This document shows positions 49,901 through 58,417 of a stretch of 64,000 nucleotides of DNA, piece by piece. Position 1 is the stretch's first letter. Each line of letters starts with the position of its first letter. Source of the stretch: a virus. Lineage: Duplodnaviria > Caudoviricetes. The stretch spans positions 500 to 64,499 of the IMG/VR virus record IMGVR_UViG_3300038849_000072; one strand, written 5' to 3'. The position numbers and the translations under genes were made by a program. The notes under the pieces are model-generated. The model saw nothing but the letters and a program-made list of their open reading frames with translations, made no database searches and was not told the DNA's origin.

Positions 49901-51596
49901 ACCCATCACCAACAGCATTCGCTAATTCTCTTCCGGCTTGCTGATACTGACCACGATCAATAAGGTTTGCTGCGTTATTGACATGCTCAATTGCGTTATC
50001 TACATTTGTCCTAAAGTCTGCAAAATTGGTTTGATATGCGACAAAAGCACCTGCAACAGCACCAGCACCAACAATTAATGCAGGGCCAACCGCTACAAGA
50101 GCAGAGGACAATAACCCCACTTGAGACGCGGCACCGGATGCAGCAGGCCCTATAGGTGCAATGTATTGAAGTGCAGGTGTAGGATTGATCTTCTCAAGTT
50201 GTGCAAGAGAACTAACCAGAGTAGTAACACCAGTTGCTGCAGTTGTTGTCTGTGCAATTTTACCGATAGAAGCTAACGTACTAACTAATGATCCGCCTGC
50301 AGACACAAACGGACCGAGGACCATCATTAAAGGCCCTAATGCAGCTGCAAAGATTCCCACTCCTGCAGCGGCCTTCTTTCCCTCTCCATCAAGATTAGAG
50401 AACCAATCAGCAAAGCCTTTGATTGTAGGGACAACAGTATTCTGAATATACGGCACTAAATCGTCTTTCAGAATAGGCATGATATCGTTCTGAAGAATCG
50501 GTAAGAACGATTCTCCGATATCGATAACCATGTTATGCAGTTCGGCTTTTACCTTGTTCATCTGCTGAACTGCAGTATCTGACATGGTTTTATAGGCTTC
50601 ATCAACAGCGCCAGATGCATCTTTCATCTGGTTTGTAAAGTTCCCCATCATCTCTGATGAGAGAACCATACCGGCCTGTGACGCTTCAATTGATCCGGTG
50701 ACTTCAGTCCACTGTTTGCCGTCCTCTTTCAACCCATTGTTCAGAATTGAGATAATATCAAACAGAGACTTCCCAGAATCACTTAACTGTTTAAAGTCTG
50801 CTCCTTCTGTGACTTCATCCAGGTATTTCGAGAGTTCCGAAGCAGGATCTAACAACTCTTTAAACAGAGCCTTCATCTGCGTAGCAGATACGTTTGTAGG
50901 AGTGCCCTGTGCGGTTAATGTTGCGAATGCTGCAGCCACATCCTCAATGGAAATACCTAAAGCGTTTGCCATAGGGGTTGCCTGATACATTGACTGAGAT
51001 AATTCCTCGAAATTAGTTTTACCTAATTTGACTGCCGTGAACATTGCATCTGCAGCCCTTTCAGCAGACACCTGATCGTTTGTATAACTGTTCATCACAG
51101 TTGTCAAACCATCGACAGCCGTCTCTAAATCAGTAACCCCGCCTATTGAGGACTTCGCTGCAACCTCAAGAAAAGAGAATACATTATCTGAGGGTACACC
51201 GGCAGATATGGCCTGATACAATGCAGGAACTACCTGTTCAGACATTATACCAAACTCTGATGAGAATGCCTTCACATCATCAGACATCTGACCCATGGCC
51301 TCTTTTCCGAGTCCGGGCATGAGCGTAAAGACTTCAGCCATTTGGCTTTGGAAGTTTGCAGCCTGCTGAGTCATTGCCCCGATTGAGGCAACAGCCACAG
51401 TCATGGGTGCAGTAATGCCTGCTGTGAGCCCTGCACCGATTGAAGACATTGAAGCACCTAATGCTTCAAACTTCCCGCCTATTCCGGCCGCCTGTGTCTG
51501 AAGTGTTTCAAATTGATGAGTGACATGCTGAATTGCAGAATCAACACCAGATGCATCAGCGTTTATCTTTACCGTTGGCCCTTCGATGTCACTCAC
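46920..51596 (-). CDS. Tape measure protein (TP901-type)
   Basis: 1558 aa, Ala-rich and helical; ALYQAISAG...LETAVDGLTTVMNSY...AVKLGKTNFEEL core. Confidence 0.92.
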   Translation of the reverse strand: MSDIEGPTVKINADASGVDSAIQHVTHQFETLQTQAAGIGGKFEALGASMSSIGAGLTAGITAPMTVAVASIGAMTQQAANFQSQMAEVFTLMPGLGKEAMGQMSDDVKAFSSEFGIMSEQVVPALYQAISAGVPSDNVFSFLEVAAKSSIGGVTDLETAVDGLTTVMNSYTNDQVSAERAADAMFTAVKLGKTNFEELSQSMYQATPMANALGISIEDVAAAFATLTAQGTPTNVSATQMKALFKELLDPASELSKYLDEVTEGADFKQLSDSGKSLFDIISILNNGLKEDGKQWTEVTGSIEASQAGMVLSSEMMGNFTNQMKDASGAVDEAYKTMSDTAVQQMNKVKAELHNMVIDIGESFLPILQNDIMPILKDDLVPYIQNTVVPTIKGFADWFSNLDGEGKKAAAGVGIFAAALGPLMMVLGPFVSAGGSLVSTLASIGKIAQTTTAATGVTTLVSSLAQLEKINPTPALQYIAPIGPAASGAASQVGLLSSALVAVGPALIVGAGAVAGAFVAYQTNFADFRTNVDNAIEHVNNAANLIDRGQYQQAGRELANAVGDGFATAKDLIVKGIPDAAVFAYELDSQMRVAIGDMSGGFGAALREMVDGALASAGAAFEQFAINDAAFAKSFSESLRNGDWEGAAADAAGKFKDSFYTNGKIDAGKLLDGVDSLTSKLQPALDMITLISNPFGGAASVLGGESGNILDGYFNPEKYKKTSDEIEKFERAVAKSLQNAGTEVKTFADKSSADLNNAMSKWQDAFEKSGQSLEKWTESLKKSGDYSQFISDMDAFAAKYPELAEKAGGAANVMQQLDFKPVQFEDGSIFYAYENGVLTPIIDNPVKIMMELNDYENDMRSAYEIYLDYKSQIENAPIMVQMMGPDVSTLSPDTQWISNEGGGTGKNINDVRGTQTTPDNKTVNQNTDAQNKNTESNTKNTEQVSALYKKFSDWDTYQSQYMLQNKGASVDTALAAYNNDKRIASQSSSGSQPSQSDNTKATSDNTTATRKSTEAKTDEQKALERLKSKYETLFESMDQYYIRKETDANVRNINSKYDSSSDISKSLKDNQKYSEVEAEKERGQLKLWASELGISTDELIKLYNEHKKQSESVTQLTKTTDGANDTLSKIAKLDISNLVNFNLSKSSQSRSGSGSPLTDAELTAIMRGRVPYASDSEFNTLVSSQGGIKQYAKNAEVIDNFGRLISDYTNDIEQSTKTTQSVIYDLSAEIRKYNRTVTTSTKQSSEMENSVRLASAAQSLYTKYMDDGILTTDEASKIQSTLTESTKSLGDAGIKTVGDISKLPPALQDIATALITFISNLKSSAVDALNSSLASDGWKTATSSSYESMIDPKTGKPVQRSYLDIDVILGLKEGSAKVDSLTEANTRLQDSIYSNVGTTNLLSSAYQAAGNAAVETMNKVVNVAADKIAQANSAINSLSYSNSGNSISASNYMPGMTYSGNRQMFEGFRPGWRNPSPCGWGSAFESGGKVTETGPALVHEGEYILSRNEVERMGKGGANIQLNVNMNNSRFGNAEIAKDLPKLFARAARRAYFARGSI

Positions 51597-51613
51597 AATA
51601 AGAGTTTCATCTT

Positions 51614-51642
51614 AAAAATAGGAGATATAAAGGGCAGGAGAA
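51614..51642 (-). promoter_or_regulatory. Late promoter motif, copy B (tape measure)
   Basis: AAAAATAGGAGATATAAAGGGCAGGAGAA; core ends 29 nt before the start codon. Confidence 0.75.
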
Positions 51643-51649
51643 AAAAAGA

Positions 51650-52129
51650 TTATATGAAAATGGCAGTTACTTCGGGAATTGTTTTAGATGCACCTAATAC
51701 AGTAGTATATGTTTTCATCCCTGTCATTACACCAATGACTTTTACATAATCCTCTTCAAGAGGCCTGGATCCTGTAGTTCTGTATGATACCCAAACATCT
51801 TGTTTCCCCCCATCTAACCAATTCGTGACCGATACCCGGAGTATATAGTTATCTCCGCTCTGTTGAACCTGTAATACTTTTCCATTGAACTTAATGAGTT
51901 CGCCTTCATATTTGCCCGGTGTTCGTGCTACATCCTCCATAAATGGTTCATCTGCTTTCTTCTGAAGTTCAGACTCACTCATTCCACTGTATTTGTTTAT
52001 GCTTTCCTGATAGGGTGAGGGTGGAAGCATAAATAACCATATCACAATCGCCACAAATATGAAGAATCCGAGCACTATGCGGGCTTTCCATTTCTTGTCT
52101 TTCGCTTCATCATCAAATAATTTAATCAT
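51650..52129 (-). CDS. Membrane-anchored OB-fold-like protein
   Basis: N-terminal TM helix, then KYEGELIKFNGKVLQV...EEDYVKVIG...KTY.T..G...IP. Confidence 0.65.
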   Translation of the reverse strand: MIKLFDDEAKDKKWKARIVLGFFIFVAIVIWLFMLPPSPYQESINKYSGMSESELQKKADEPFMEDVARTPGKYEGELIKFNGKVLQVQQSGDNYILRVSVTNWLDGGKQDVWVSYRTTGSRPLEEDYVKVIGVMTGMKTYTTVLGASKTIPEVTAIFI

Positions 52130-52394
52130 TCTTTTTCACCTATGTATTACTTTACCGAAAAATGTTATGATTTGATTTTCTCCGGGTCTCTTACCCGTGC
52201 ACCGGAGCATACTTCTATCGTCTGCCAGTCCTCCAGGAGTAACCGGGCTTCTGATTTGAGTATTATACTCAGCTGCTTGTCATACAGGTGTTGGCAGTTG
52301 TCCCGGTATGACTGAACTGACTGGTAATGATTCGATTCGTGGACGATTAAGTCAAATGAACCCATACAGTAAACGCAGCACCAAGGATCGGAGG

Positions 52395-53189
52395 TCATAT
52401 TTCCACCCCAGATAATACTCCAACTGAAATCAGTTTCATAAACTTTGCAATCCCTTCTTCAGAGGGACGGGCACAATCACCCACACCTTTAACATTTACA
52501 ACAGACATGATCCCTGCTTCTTGCATCTCAAAGAGTAACATATGAAACCGTTCAGGCGGGATCTTCGTGTCTTTAAGTTCCGGGTGCATCTCATTAATAT
52601 ACAATTGTGTTAAAATGTCGATTGCAAATACCAGACCTTTCTGAGATAGTTTGATGATTCCTTCAGTTGATTCTAGTATCCCTGAATTAATTGCTTCGAG
52701 AACATATCTTTCAGATTTTGCTTTCTCTTCAGCTCTCATCGCAACCATCATTTCTTCGGTATAATGAATTTGAACCGCTTTCACAAGTTCAGGTGCTTCA
52801 GATGCATTGTGATCTACATCATTAATGAGCATTACCAAATGCCCAACCGAATTGATAAAATATCTCCCTCGTATGTGTTTTTTACTACTTGGAAACTTCT
52901 TAATAGCAGCTCGTATATCTCTCCAGGTAATTTTTAAGAGATTCGCAACAACCCTCATATCATAAACGGGAAGTTTGCTATCAACATAATTTATGACTGC
53001 CTCAATCTCATCTTTGTGAGTTGCCATATATTCATTAAGAGCAAGTTCGGCATCTGCACAGTCTGACATATCCAACCCATGCACGCAATTAGCAAAAATG
53101 TGATGATTATCTTTAATCATCTTAATTGCTTCATCTTCACTCATTCCGAATTGTTCTGCAACAGAAGAGAGAGAATATAATTCGGTCAT
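52395..53189 (-). CDS. Hypothetical protein in the inserted cassette
   Basis: 264 aa ORF coupled to the antirepressor gene. Confidence 0.6.
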   Translation of the reverse strand: MTELYSLSSVAEQFGMSEDEAIKMIKDNHHIFANCVHGLDMSDCADAELALNEYMATHKDEIEAVINYVDSKLPVYDMRVVANLLKITWRDIRAAIKKFPSSKKHIRGRYFINSVGHLVMLINDVDHNASEAPELVKAVQIHYTEEMMVAMRAEEKAKSERYVLEAINSGILESTEGIIKLSQKGLVFAIDILTQLYINEMHPELKDTKIPPERFHMLLFEMQEAGIMSVVNVKGVGDCARPSEEGIAKFMKLISVGVLSGVEI

Positions 53190-54103
53190 GCTTCTTCCTC
53201 CAGGGTAGACTGTTCCTCATCAAGAAACACTGCTCTTCTAACAACTTCTACAATCTCCCGTCTCCAAAGAATATACTGAACGTCAGCCCCTCCATGTCGT
53301 TCTAGTATAATCTCTCCATAGACTTTACCGGACTGGGTTAAGTTCCATACTTTTTGTTTTGCACCGGTTTTCTTTATCCGGTAATCGTGCTTCTGATACC
53401 CAAGCTTTTCGAGGATGTTATTTACTGACTGTGCAGAGAGTCCGAGTTCTTTACCTATCTCTGTTGCAGTTAAGGTCGGGATATCCTCATCAGATCGCCG
53501 TGCGACAAGCGCCCTCAGATAATCAAGCGGTTCACCAAACTGATCCTCTAGCTTTGCGAGACAAGCAGATGCAGCCCTGGAGATGTCAACCCCGATAATA
53601 GTCATTGCATCTGCCCTTTTCATCTCTTCTTTAAGAGAGTCAGATAATAAGATGGTTTGAGATGGAGAAGTCAACGTAACAGTTTCGCCCATTAACAGTT
53701 TTTCGGCAGTGTCTGTTAACCAATTACGCATCCGAATGAGTTTCTCTCTTCGCTCATCTTTGTATCTCTTATAATTAACAAGCGTTAAGAAAGATACCGC
53801 ATCTCTGATGCTTAAATCGTAATCGTAGACGGAACCATTAGCCGATCGTGTAATACGATCGGTGCCCAAATCTCTAAAGAAATCGGAATTGCCCGTTAAT
53901 TTTTCACTTGCATGAGAGAATTTAATATCATAATACTCTGCAAGCAGCCGTAATGAGGTTCTCCATTTTCCATCAGAATTCTTAAACTGGATCGCAGTGT
54001 CCTCAAACGATAACTCTTTTACTTCAGGAATCGAATCTTTCATTGTATTTGTGTCCAGCGGTTCACTTGGCGGTGTTGCTGGATTGCCTTCTTTTTTAGT
54101 CAT
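53186..54103 (-). CDS. Antirepressor with a KilAC/ANT-like C-terminal domain
   Basis: TATEIGKELGLSAQSVNNILEKLGYQ...W.LT..GK.YG...W. Confidence 0.75.
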   Translation of the reverse strand: MTKKEGNPATPPSEPLDTNTMKDSIPEVKELSFEDTAIQFKNSDGKWRTSLRLLAEYYDIKFSHASEKLTGNSDFFRDLGTDRITRSANGSVYDYDLSIRDAVSFLTLVNYKRYKDERREKLIRMRNWLTDTAEKLLMGETVTLTSPSQTILLSDSLKEEMKRADAMTIIGVDISRAASACLAKLEDQFGEPLDYLRALVARRSDEDIPTLTATEIGKELGLSAQSVNNILEKLGYQKHDYRIKKTGAKQKVWNLTQSGKVYGEIILERHGGADVQYILWRREIVEVVRRAVFLDEEQSTLEEEA

Positions 54104-54342
54104 TCAATCAACTCGTTTCCACACTCTGAACAGAATTTACTTTTCTCACCATTCATTGTTTTACACTTCGGGCACATCCCAGGAAGAGATACCCCGAAAT
54201 ACTCAATTGCCATGCGTTCAATGATAGCGGTTTTAGGTTTTTTAAGCCGTTTTGCCTCATTGTTAATTGCATCAAATAATCGTTTATCAATTCTTGACGA
54301 AAAGTGACATTTACACACAGTCACTCGTTTCACCTCCTTCAC
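54100..54342 (-). CDS. RHH plus zinc-ribbon regulator
   Basis: FSSRID...AK...IIE..IEY...PGMCPKCKTMN...FCSECG. Confidence 0.75.
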   Translation of the reverse strand: MKEVKRVTVCKCHFSSRIDKRLFDAINNEAKRLKKPKTAIIERMAIEYFGVSLPGMCPKCKTMNGEKSKFCSECGNELIE

Positions 54343-54365
54343 AGGATGTATTTAGATAATATACG

Positions 54366-54466
54366 CTACAAATATTTATACATTCTGTATTATTGTAGTT
54401 TTACACACTACAATTGAGCACAATCTTAAATAATTGTCAGGAATTGATACTACACACAACTACAAT
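54366..54466. promoter_or_regulatory. CTACAA(T) operator sites in a divergent promoter
   Basis: IR ATTGTAG-N9-CTACAAT (54392-54414); further copies at 54366 and 54460. Confidence 0.6.
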
Positions 54467-54920
54467 GGTAGAGTATTACCCTACAAGCGTTCGGCTTCCG
54501 GTTGACGTGCGCAATAGAATTAAGTCAATAGCTAAAACCAGAAATACAACGCCGTCACAGATAATTATAGAGGCCTGCATTGAATACCTGGATAAATCCA
54601 CTCCCGGCCTATGCCCCTCCTGCCATACTCAAAACAATCCCGATTCACAATACTGTCAGAAGTGCGGATCATCTCTGTTGTCAGGGACATCAGATCCGTT
54701 CAAGAAATACAAAGACGAAAGAGATGAACTCATATCAGAAGTTGATAGGGTACTTGAGATACTTGAGCCATATAAACCGCTTATAGAACTTACAAGAGAA
54801 TTCTCGAAAGAAGACATTTTATTATTAGTCAGATTAAGCGGGGCTTTGATGAAAAATAAAGATCTCATGAGAGAGATGGTTGAAAAAGTGCATGAAAAAG
54901 AAGATAATTCTTCAGAGTGA
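54465..54920 (+). CDS. RHH plus zinc-ribbon regulator with a coiled-coil tail (start adjusted)
   Basis: PTSVRLP...AK...II...IEY...PGLCPSCHTQN...YCQKCG. Confidence 0.8.
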   Translation: MVEYYPTSVRLPVDVRNRIKSIAKTRNTTPSQIIIEACIEYLDKSTPGLCPSCHTQNNPDSQYCQKCGSSLLSGTSDPFKKYKDERDELISEVDRVLEILEPYKPLIELTREFSKEDILLLVRLSGALMKNKDLMREMVEKVHEKEDNSSE

Positions 54921-55079
54921 ACCCTTCAAATCATGTATTTAAGTTTTATCTTCAACACTTCGTTGATGATGGGTTAATTTTCGTTTATTTACTGATTCTA
55001 GCATTAATAGGCCCGGTTCCATGTGGTGTGTAACCGCCTGCATAATGCGTCCGTTTGGAATTCTGACCGATTTTAGATA

Positions 55080-55142
55080 GTAACAATAAATCGTTGTTAC
55101 TGCAAAATAGAGCGAATTATAATAGGGAGAATTCCCCCTATT
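55080..55142. terminator. Two hairpins between convergent genes
   Basis: GTAACAA/TTGTTAC (55080-55100) and near-perfect AATAGGGAGAATTCCCCCTATT (55121-55142). Confidence 0.55.
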
Positions 55143-55386
55143 AACTCAAATCCACACCGAAGAACATACCAATCGTATCGTATGAAGTCTCATGAGTTGC
55201 AATCAAATCCTCCTCACTCTTCTTACTCATCTCTGCATCCACATCAACACCGTTCATATGGCCTGCAATCCTAAGGGCGTGCATCTTCTGATTGATTGAT
55301 CCCTGTCTCCAGTACACAACCAGTTGGCTGAACGTCAGACGATAGAGACAGTATTCTCTGGTTGCCCAGGAGTAAAACCATCCCAT
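55141..55386 (-). CDS. Tail assembly chaperone, T part (likely made by frameshift)
   Basis: Frame stays open upstream through the slippery site at 55548-55542. Confidence 0.65.
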   Translation of the reverse strand: MGWFYSWATREYCLYRLTFSQLVVYWRQGSINQKMHALRIAGHMNGVDVDAEMSKKSEEDLIATHETSYDTIGMFFGVDLS

Positions 55387-55394
55387 CTCTGTAA

Positions 55395-55868
55395 CTATTC
55401 TGACGTATTGAGTAATTGCGGTTTCGAGTTCTTTGATGACTTCTTCGCGAGTTCTTCCTGGATCATTGCTTTGATCCCCGGAGTCAGAAGATCCAGCATC
55501 GCCTGTTGGTTTCTCTCCTGTTTCCTCTGTTTCGCCTCGTATAAAGGGCTTAGAACATGATCCACCACATCATCATACACAGATCCAGGTATGTTCTGCT
55601 CTACCCAGGACTTATCGATCCATTCTGGTTCAGGTAATCCAGCGTTCAGACAGGCAACCAAACACCGGAGTTTCATTTCAGTCTCATCCGGTTTAGAACC
55701 ATCAGGATCAACGAGAGTCTGATAGTAGAACCGTGAATGCATCATAGATGCAATGGCAGGGATACGAGGGAGAGAGAATACTCTTCCCCCTACCCTGATT
55801 GGTGATCGCTGTTCATCCTTAGCGAGAATATCAAAATCTTTGATTGAGTTATCTATATCCTGACTCAT
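55395..55868 (-). CDS. Tail assembly chaperone, G part
   Basis: Follows the tail tube gene; contains C CCT TTA in the 0 frame. Confidence 0.7.
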   Translation of the reverse strand: MSQDIDNSIKDFDILAKDEQRSPIRVGGRVFSLPRIPAIASMMHSRFYYQTLVDPDGSKPDETEMKLRCLVACLNAGLPEPEWIDKSWVEQNIPGSVYDDVVDHVLSPLYEAKQRKQERNQQAMLDLLTPGIKAMIQEELAKKSSKNSKPQLLNTSE

Positions 55869-55874
55869 TCACAA

Positions 55875-56444
55875 TCAGCTCAGTGTCGGCTTAGTAACTT
55901 CTCCAGAAGTCCACGGTTTCAAGGTGACTAACTGCTCACCATCAGTGAGAGTAGTATCACACACCGCGATCAAATCAATGGAGAACGTAACCGGCTTATC
56001 TATCTTTTTGTCTTCCGGGATGTTGAACTTTCCGCCACCAATGGCGTATACTTTCTTGAAATACAGATAAAACCCGCCGCCGCCGGCCTTTGAGTGAACG
56101 AAGAGCAGTTTGCAGGATCCCATCTCATCAACGTTACCACCAAAAGATACCTCAGTTACGTTGCCTGATCCGTCTTTGGTGACTTTAGCAAGCCCGCCGA
56201 ACAGTTCAAAGAAAGCGGCCTGCTGCCACTGTGCAATCTCTACAGATACCTTAAACGTTTCATCACCGGGCACAGTTCCGAAGAATGCATTCTGTGCGGT
56301 GAGTTCCTGGATATCCGGCTGGTATTCCATACTCAGGTTGTAAAACGGCCCGAGTTCAGTCCAGGTAGTTGAAACCGGCACCCAAAGAGTACCTGATTTC
56401 ACGTACATCGGTACGTTTGCGAGTTTCTCAGTTTGATATGCCAT
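55875..56444 (-). CDS. Major tail (tube) protein
   Basis: Position in the tail module; beta-rich, ending in PVTFSIDLIAVCD...GEQL. Confidence 0.7.
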   Translation of the reverse strand: MAYQTEKLANVPMYVKSGTLWVPVSTTWTELGPFYNLSMEYQPDIQELTAQNAFFGTVPGDETFKVSVEIAQWQQAAFFELFGGLAKVTKDGSGNVTEVSFGGNVDEMGSCKLLFVHSKAGGGGFYLYFKKVYAIGGGKFNIPEDKKIDKPVTFSIDLIAVCDTTLTDGEQLVTLKPWTSGEVTKPTLS

Positions 56445-56973
56445 GATTATCTCTCATTAAATTAGCCAACTCTTCCCCGGTTGGCTCCAGGTGTTCAGCA
56501 GTCCGCCCCATCTGTTTCATGAGTTCGATGAATCTGAATCGGTAATAGATATCCTCTTTCATCAGGAACAGGCAGATATCCAGGAGTTTCAGCATGAATG
56601 CAGGCTTCCTGAACGGTTCCGGATCCTCTTTACTATCGAACAAATTGATGATACAATCGTGCCCGGTTTTGTATAACGCCTGCAACCGTTCATCAGAATA
56701 GGTATACGCCTCTGAATCATATCGGAGAATGGACGAGTGAACGAAATCAATCGTCTTGATAATCGACCCCTTAACCTTCCCCTGCAAGAACTTCCCGAGC
56801 GGATGAAAGTATGGATTATACAGAAACCCTACTCTGCTATGAGTGCCTATAGCGTGCGGGTTCGGCTCTTTTGCCGGGTTATAATTGAAAAATACTTCAC
56901 CGTCTTCTGATACTGCTTTGAGATTGAATGTCTCTTTCTGTTGCTCTGATAGTTTAGGCGGAATCCAACTCAT
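56428..56973 (-). CDS. Unassigned protein between the tail terminator and tail tube genes
   Basis: 181 aa ORF overlapping both neighbours. Confidence 0.6.
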   Translation of the reverse strand: MSWIPPKLSEQQKETFNLKAVSEDGEVFFNYNPAKEPNPHAIGTHSRVGFLYNPYFHPLGKFLQGKVKGSIIKTIDFVHSSILRYDSEAYTYSDERLQALYKTGHDCIINLFDSKEDPEPFRKPAFMLKLLDICLFLMKEDIYYRFRFIELMKQMGRTAEHLEPTGEELANLMRDNHGISN

Positions 56974-57353
56974 GATTCGTAAATCACCCGGAACAGTTCT
57001 ACACGCTCGTATACCGGAACAGTGAGATCACAGGTTTGATTCATCTGACCCGTCGAGAGAATGCCGGATATGGTTAATCCGTCCTGAATACCTGCATACC
57101 CTCTGAAACAATCCCTGATTGCAGCCATTACATTCTCTGCGCTCATGAACGTTGAACCCTGAACGGTATACGCGATGACTGCGTTGTGAATCCCGGTATT
57201 CTCCCTGTCAGGATCACTGATCTTCTCGTATATCGCTCTTGGGTACGTAGCAGAAGCAGGGAACGCGACCGGAGTCATACGAGTGGAGATTAAATCGGTT
57301 AATGGCTTGTATGCCATCAGTTTGTTTCGGAGTGCGACTTCGATCAGTGTCAT
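56970..57353 (-). CDS. Tail terminator (DUF3168-like)
   Basis: L..LISTRMTP...P..ATYP...Y..IS pattern. Confidence 0.7.
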   Translation of the reverse strand: MTLIEVALRNKLMAYKPLTDLISTRMTPVAFPASATYPRAIYEKISDPDRENTGIHNAVIAYTVQGSTFMSAENVMAAIRDCFRGYAGIQDGLTISGILSTGQMNQTCDLTVPVYERVELFRVIYES

Positions 57354-57745
57354 ACCTTAAACCCTGATGATATGATTCTAACCATCTCCTGCTCGCATTC
57401 ATCTCTCAAATCTTCAACCGCGTTTGTCATGTAGAACGTACCCTTGATTCTGGTTCTGTGCCCTCTTCCAGTCACGCCCCCGTATTCCTGGATACGTGCA
57501 TATTCTACATTTTGAGGACCCACTCTACCCTCTACCGAATATTTACCCGTTCTCTCGACTCGTGGCGGGGCTTCTGCAGCCATCTTGAGGTTTCCGGTAT
57601 CGTATGGTGCATTCTTACCGGCCCGCTCAGCGATCCTATCTCCTGCTGCAGTCACAGCAACTTCTAACGTATCTGCAACCGAAGTCCCCATCTCCTGTAA
57701 TGCTGCATTGAGTTTGTCAAGTCCGTGGATCTCTATCTTCAGCAT
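57350..57745 (-). CDS. HK97 gp10-like tail completion protein
   Basis: I.GLDKL...APYDTGNL...YARIQEYG. Confidence 0.8.
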   Translation of the reverse strand: MLKIEIHGLDKLNAALQEMGTSVADTLEVAVTAAGDRIAERAGKNAPYDTGNLKMAAEAPPRVERTGKYSVEGRVGPQNVEYARIQEYGGVTGRGHRTRIKGTFYMTNAVEDLRDECEQEMVRIISSGFKV

Positions 57746-58092
57746 ACTGATACCACCTGCAGAACGGTTGAATAACCCAGAGCATCCCGGTACACGTCTA
57801 CAATGTTGTAAGCAGTGCCGTCAATGACTGCCTGGTGCCTGGTTGTGATGGAGGGATACGAATCGAATAACGTGATCTTGAGCGGATTAAACGTCAGAGT
57901 CATGTTATCTTTAACCGTTTCACCTTTCACCGAACCATCCCCCCTGGATACCGAACATTTCAGGTTGGAGTGTCCTGCCAGTGTAGTCCATGCCTGTATA
58001 ACCTCTCCTGCCTCATCCTGTGTCTCCGTATAACTCTGTATAGTGCATTGTTTGACGAAATCACCGGTTAAAGACGCAAGAGGAGAAGTCAT
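57739..58092 (-). CDS. Head closure protein
   Basis: Position; IQSYTETQDEAGEVIQAW...VIDGTAYNI. Confidence 0.7.
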   Translation of the reverse strand: MTSPLASLTGDFVKQCTIQSYTETQDEAGEVIQAWTTLAGHSNLKCSVSRGDGSVKGETVKDNMTLTFNPLKITLFDSYPSITTRHQAVIDGTAYNIVDVYRDALGYSTVLQVVSVC

Positions 58093-58412
58093 GAATAATC
58101 AGCCACTCCAAAAACAGATGAGTTTTCTACCGATGACCTCAGGGCCGATGCTCTGCTCATCAGAGTTTTTGCCATATCAACTCCGGTGACAAGTTGGATG
58201 TCTCCCACCTGTTTGACTTTCTCAGTCAGGGCTTTGTTGTTGGCTATATCCTCTAATGCGAGAGCTGCAGCAAGCCGGATATCATTAGACTCAAGAGATA
58301 GGTACGCCTGGATCTCCTCATCAGAAAAGATCCATGTTCCTCCTGTCCCTCTATCCTGACAGAATAACCGGACTTTGCCTACATCAGTCCCGGGATCATA
58401 GGTGTTTGTCAT
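58089..58412 (-). CDS. Head-tail adaptor
   Basis: TYDP.T.VGKVRL...FSDEEIQAYL...AAA.ALE.IA. Confidence 0.75.
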   Translation of the reverse strand: MTNTYDPGTDVGKVRLFCQDRGTGGTWIFSDEEIQAYLSLESNDIRLAAALALEDIANNKALTEKVKQVGDIQLVTGVDMAKTLMSRASALRSSVENSSVFGVADYS

Positions 58413-58417
58413 TTAGT

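Noticed and set aside
47644-50985. Many 60-110 aa + strand ORFs opposite the tape measure gene (also opposite MCM, capsid and MuF)
   Set aside because: They are antisense shadows of long genes, with no ribosome sites or recognisable motifs.
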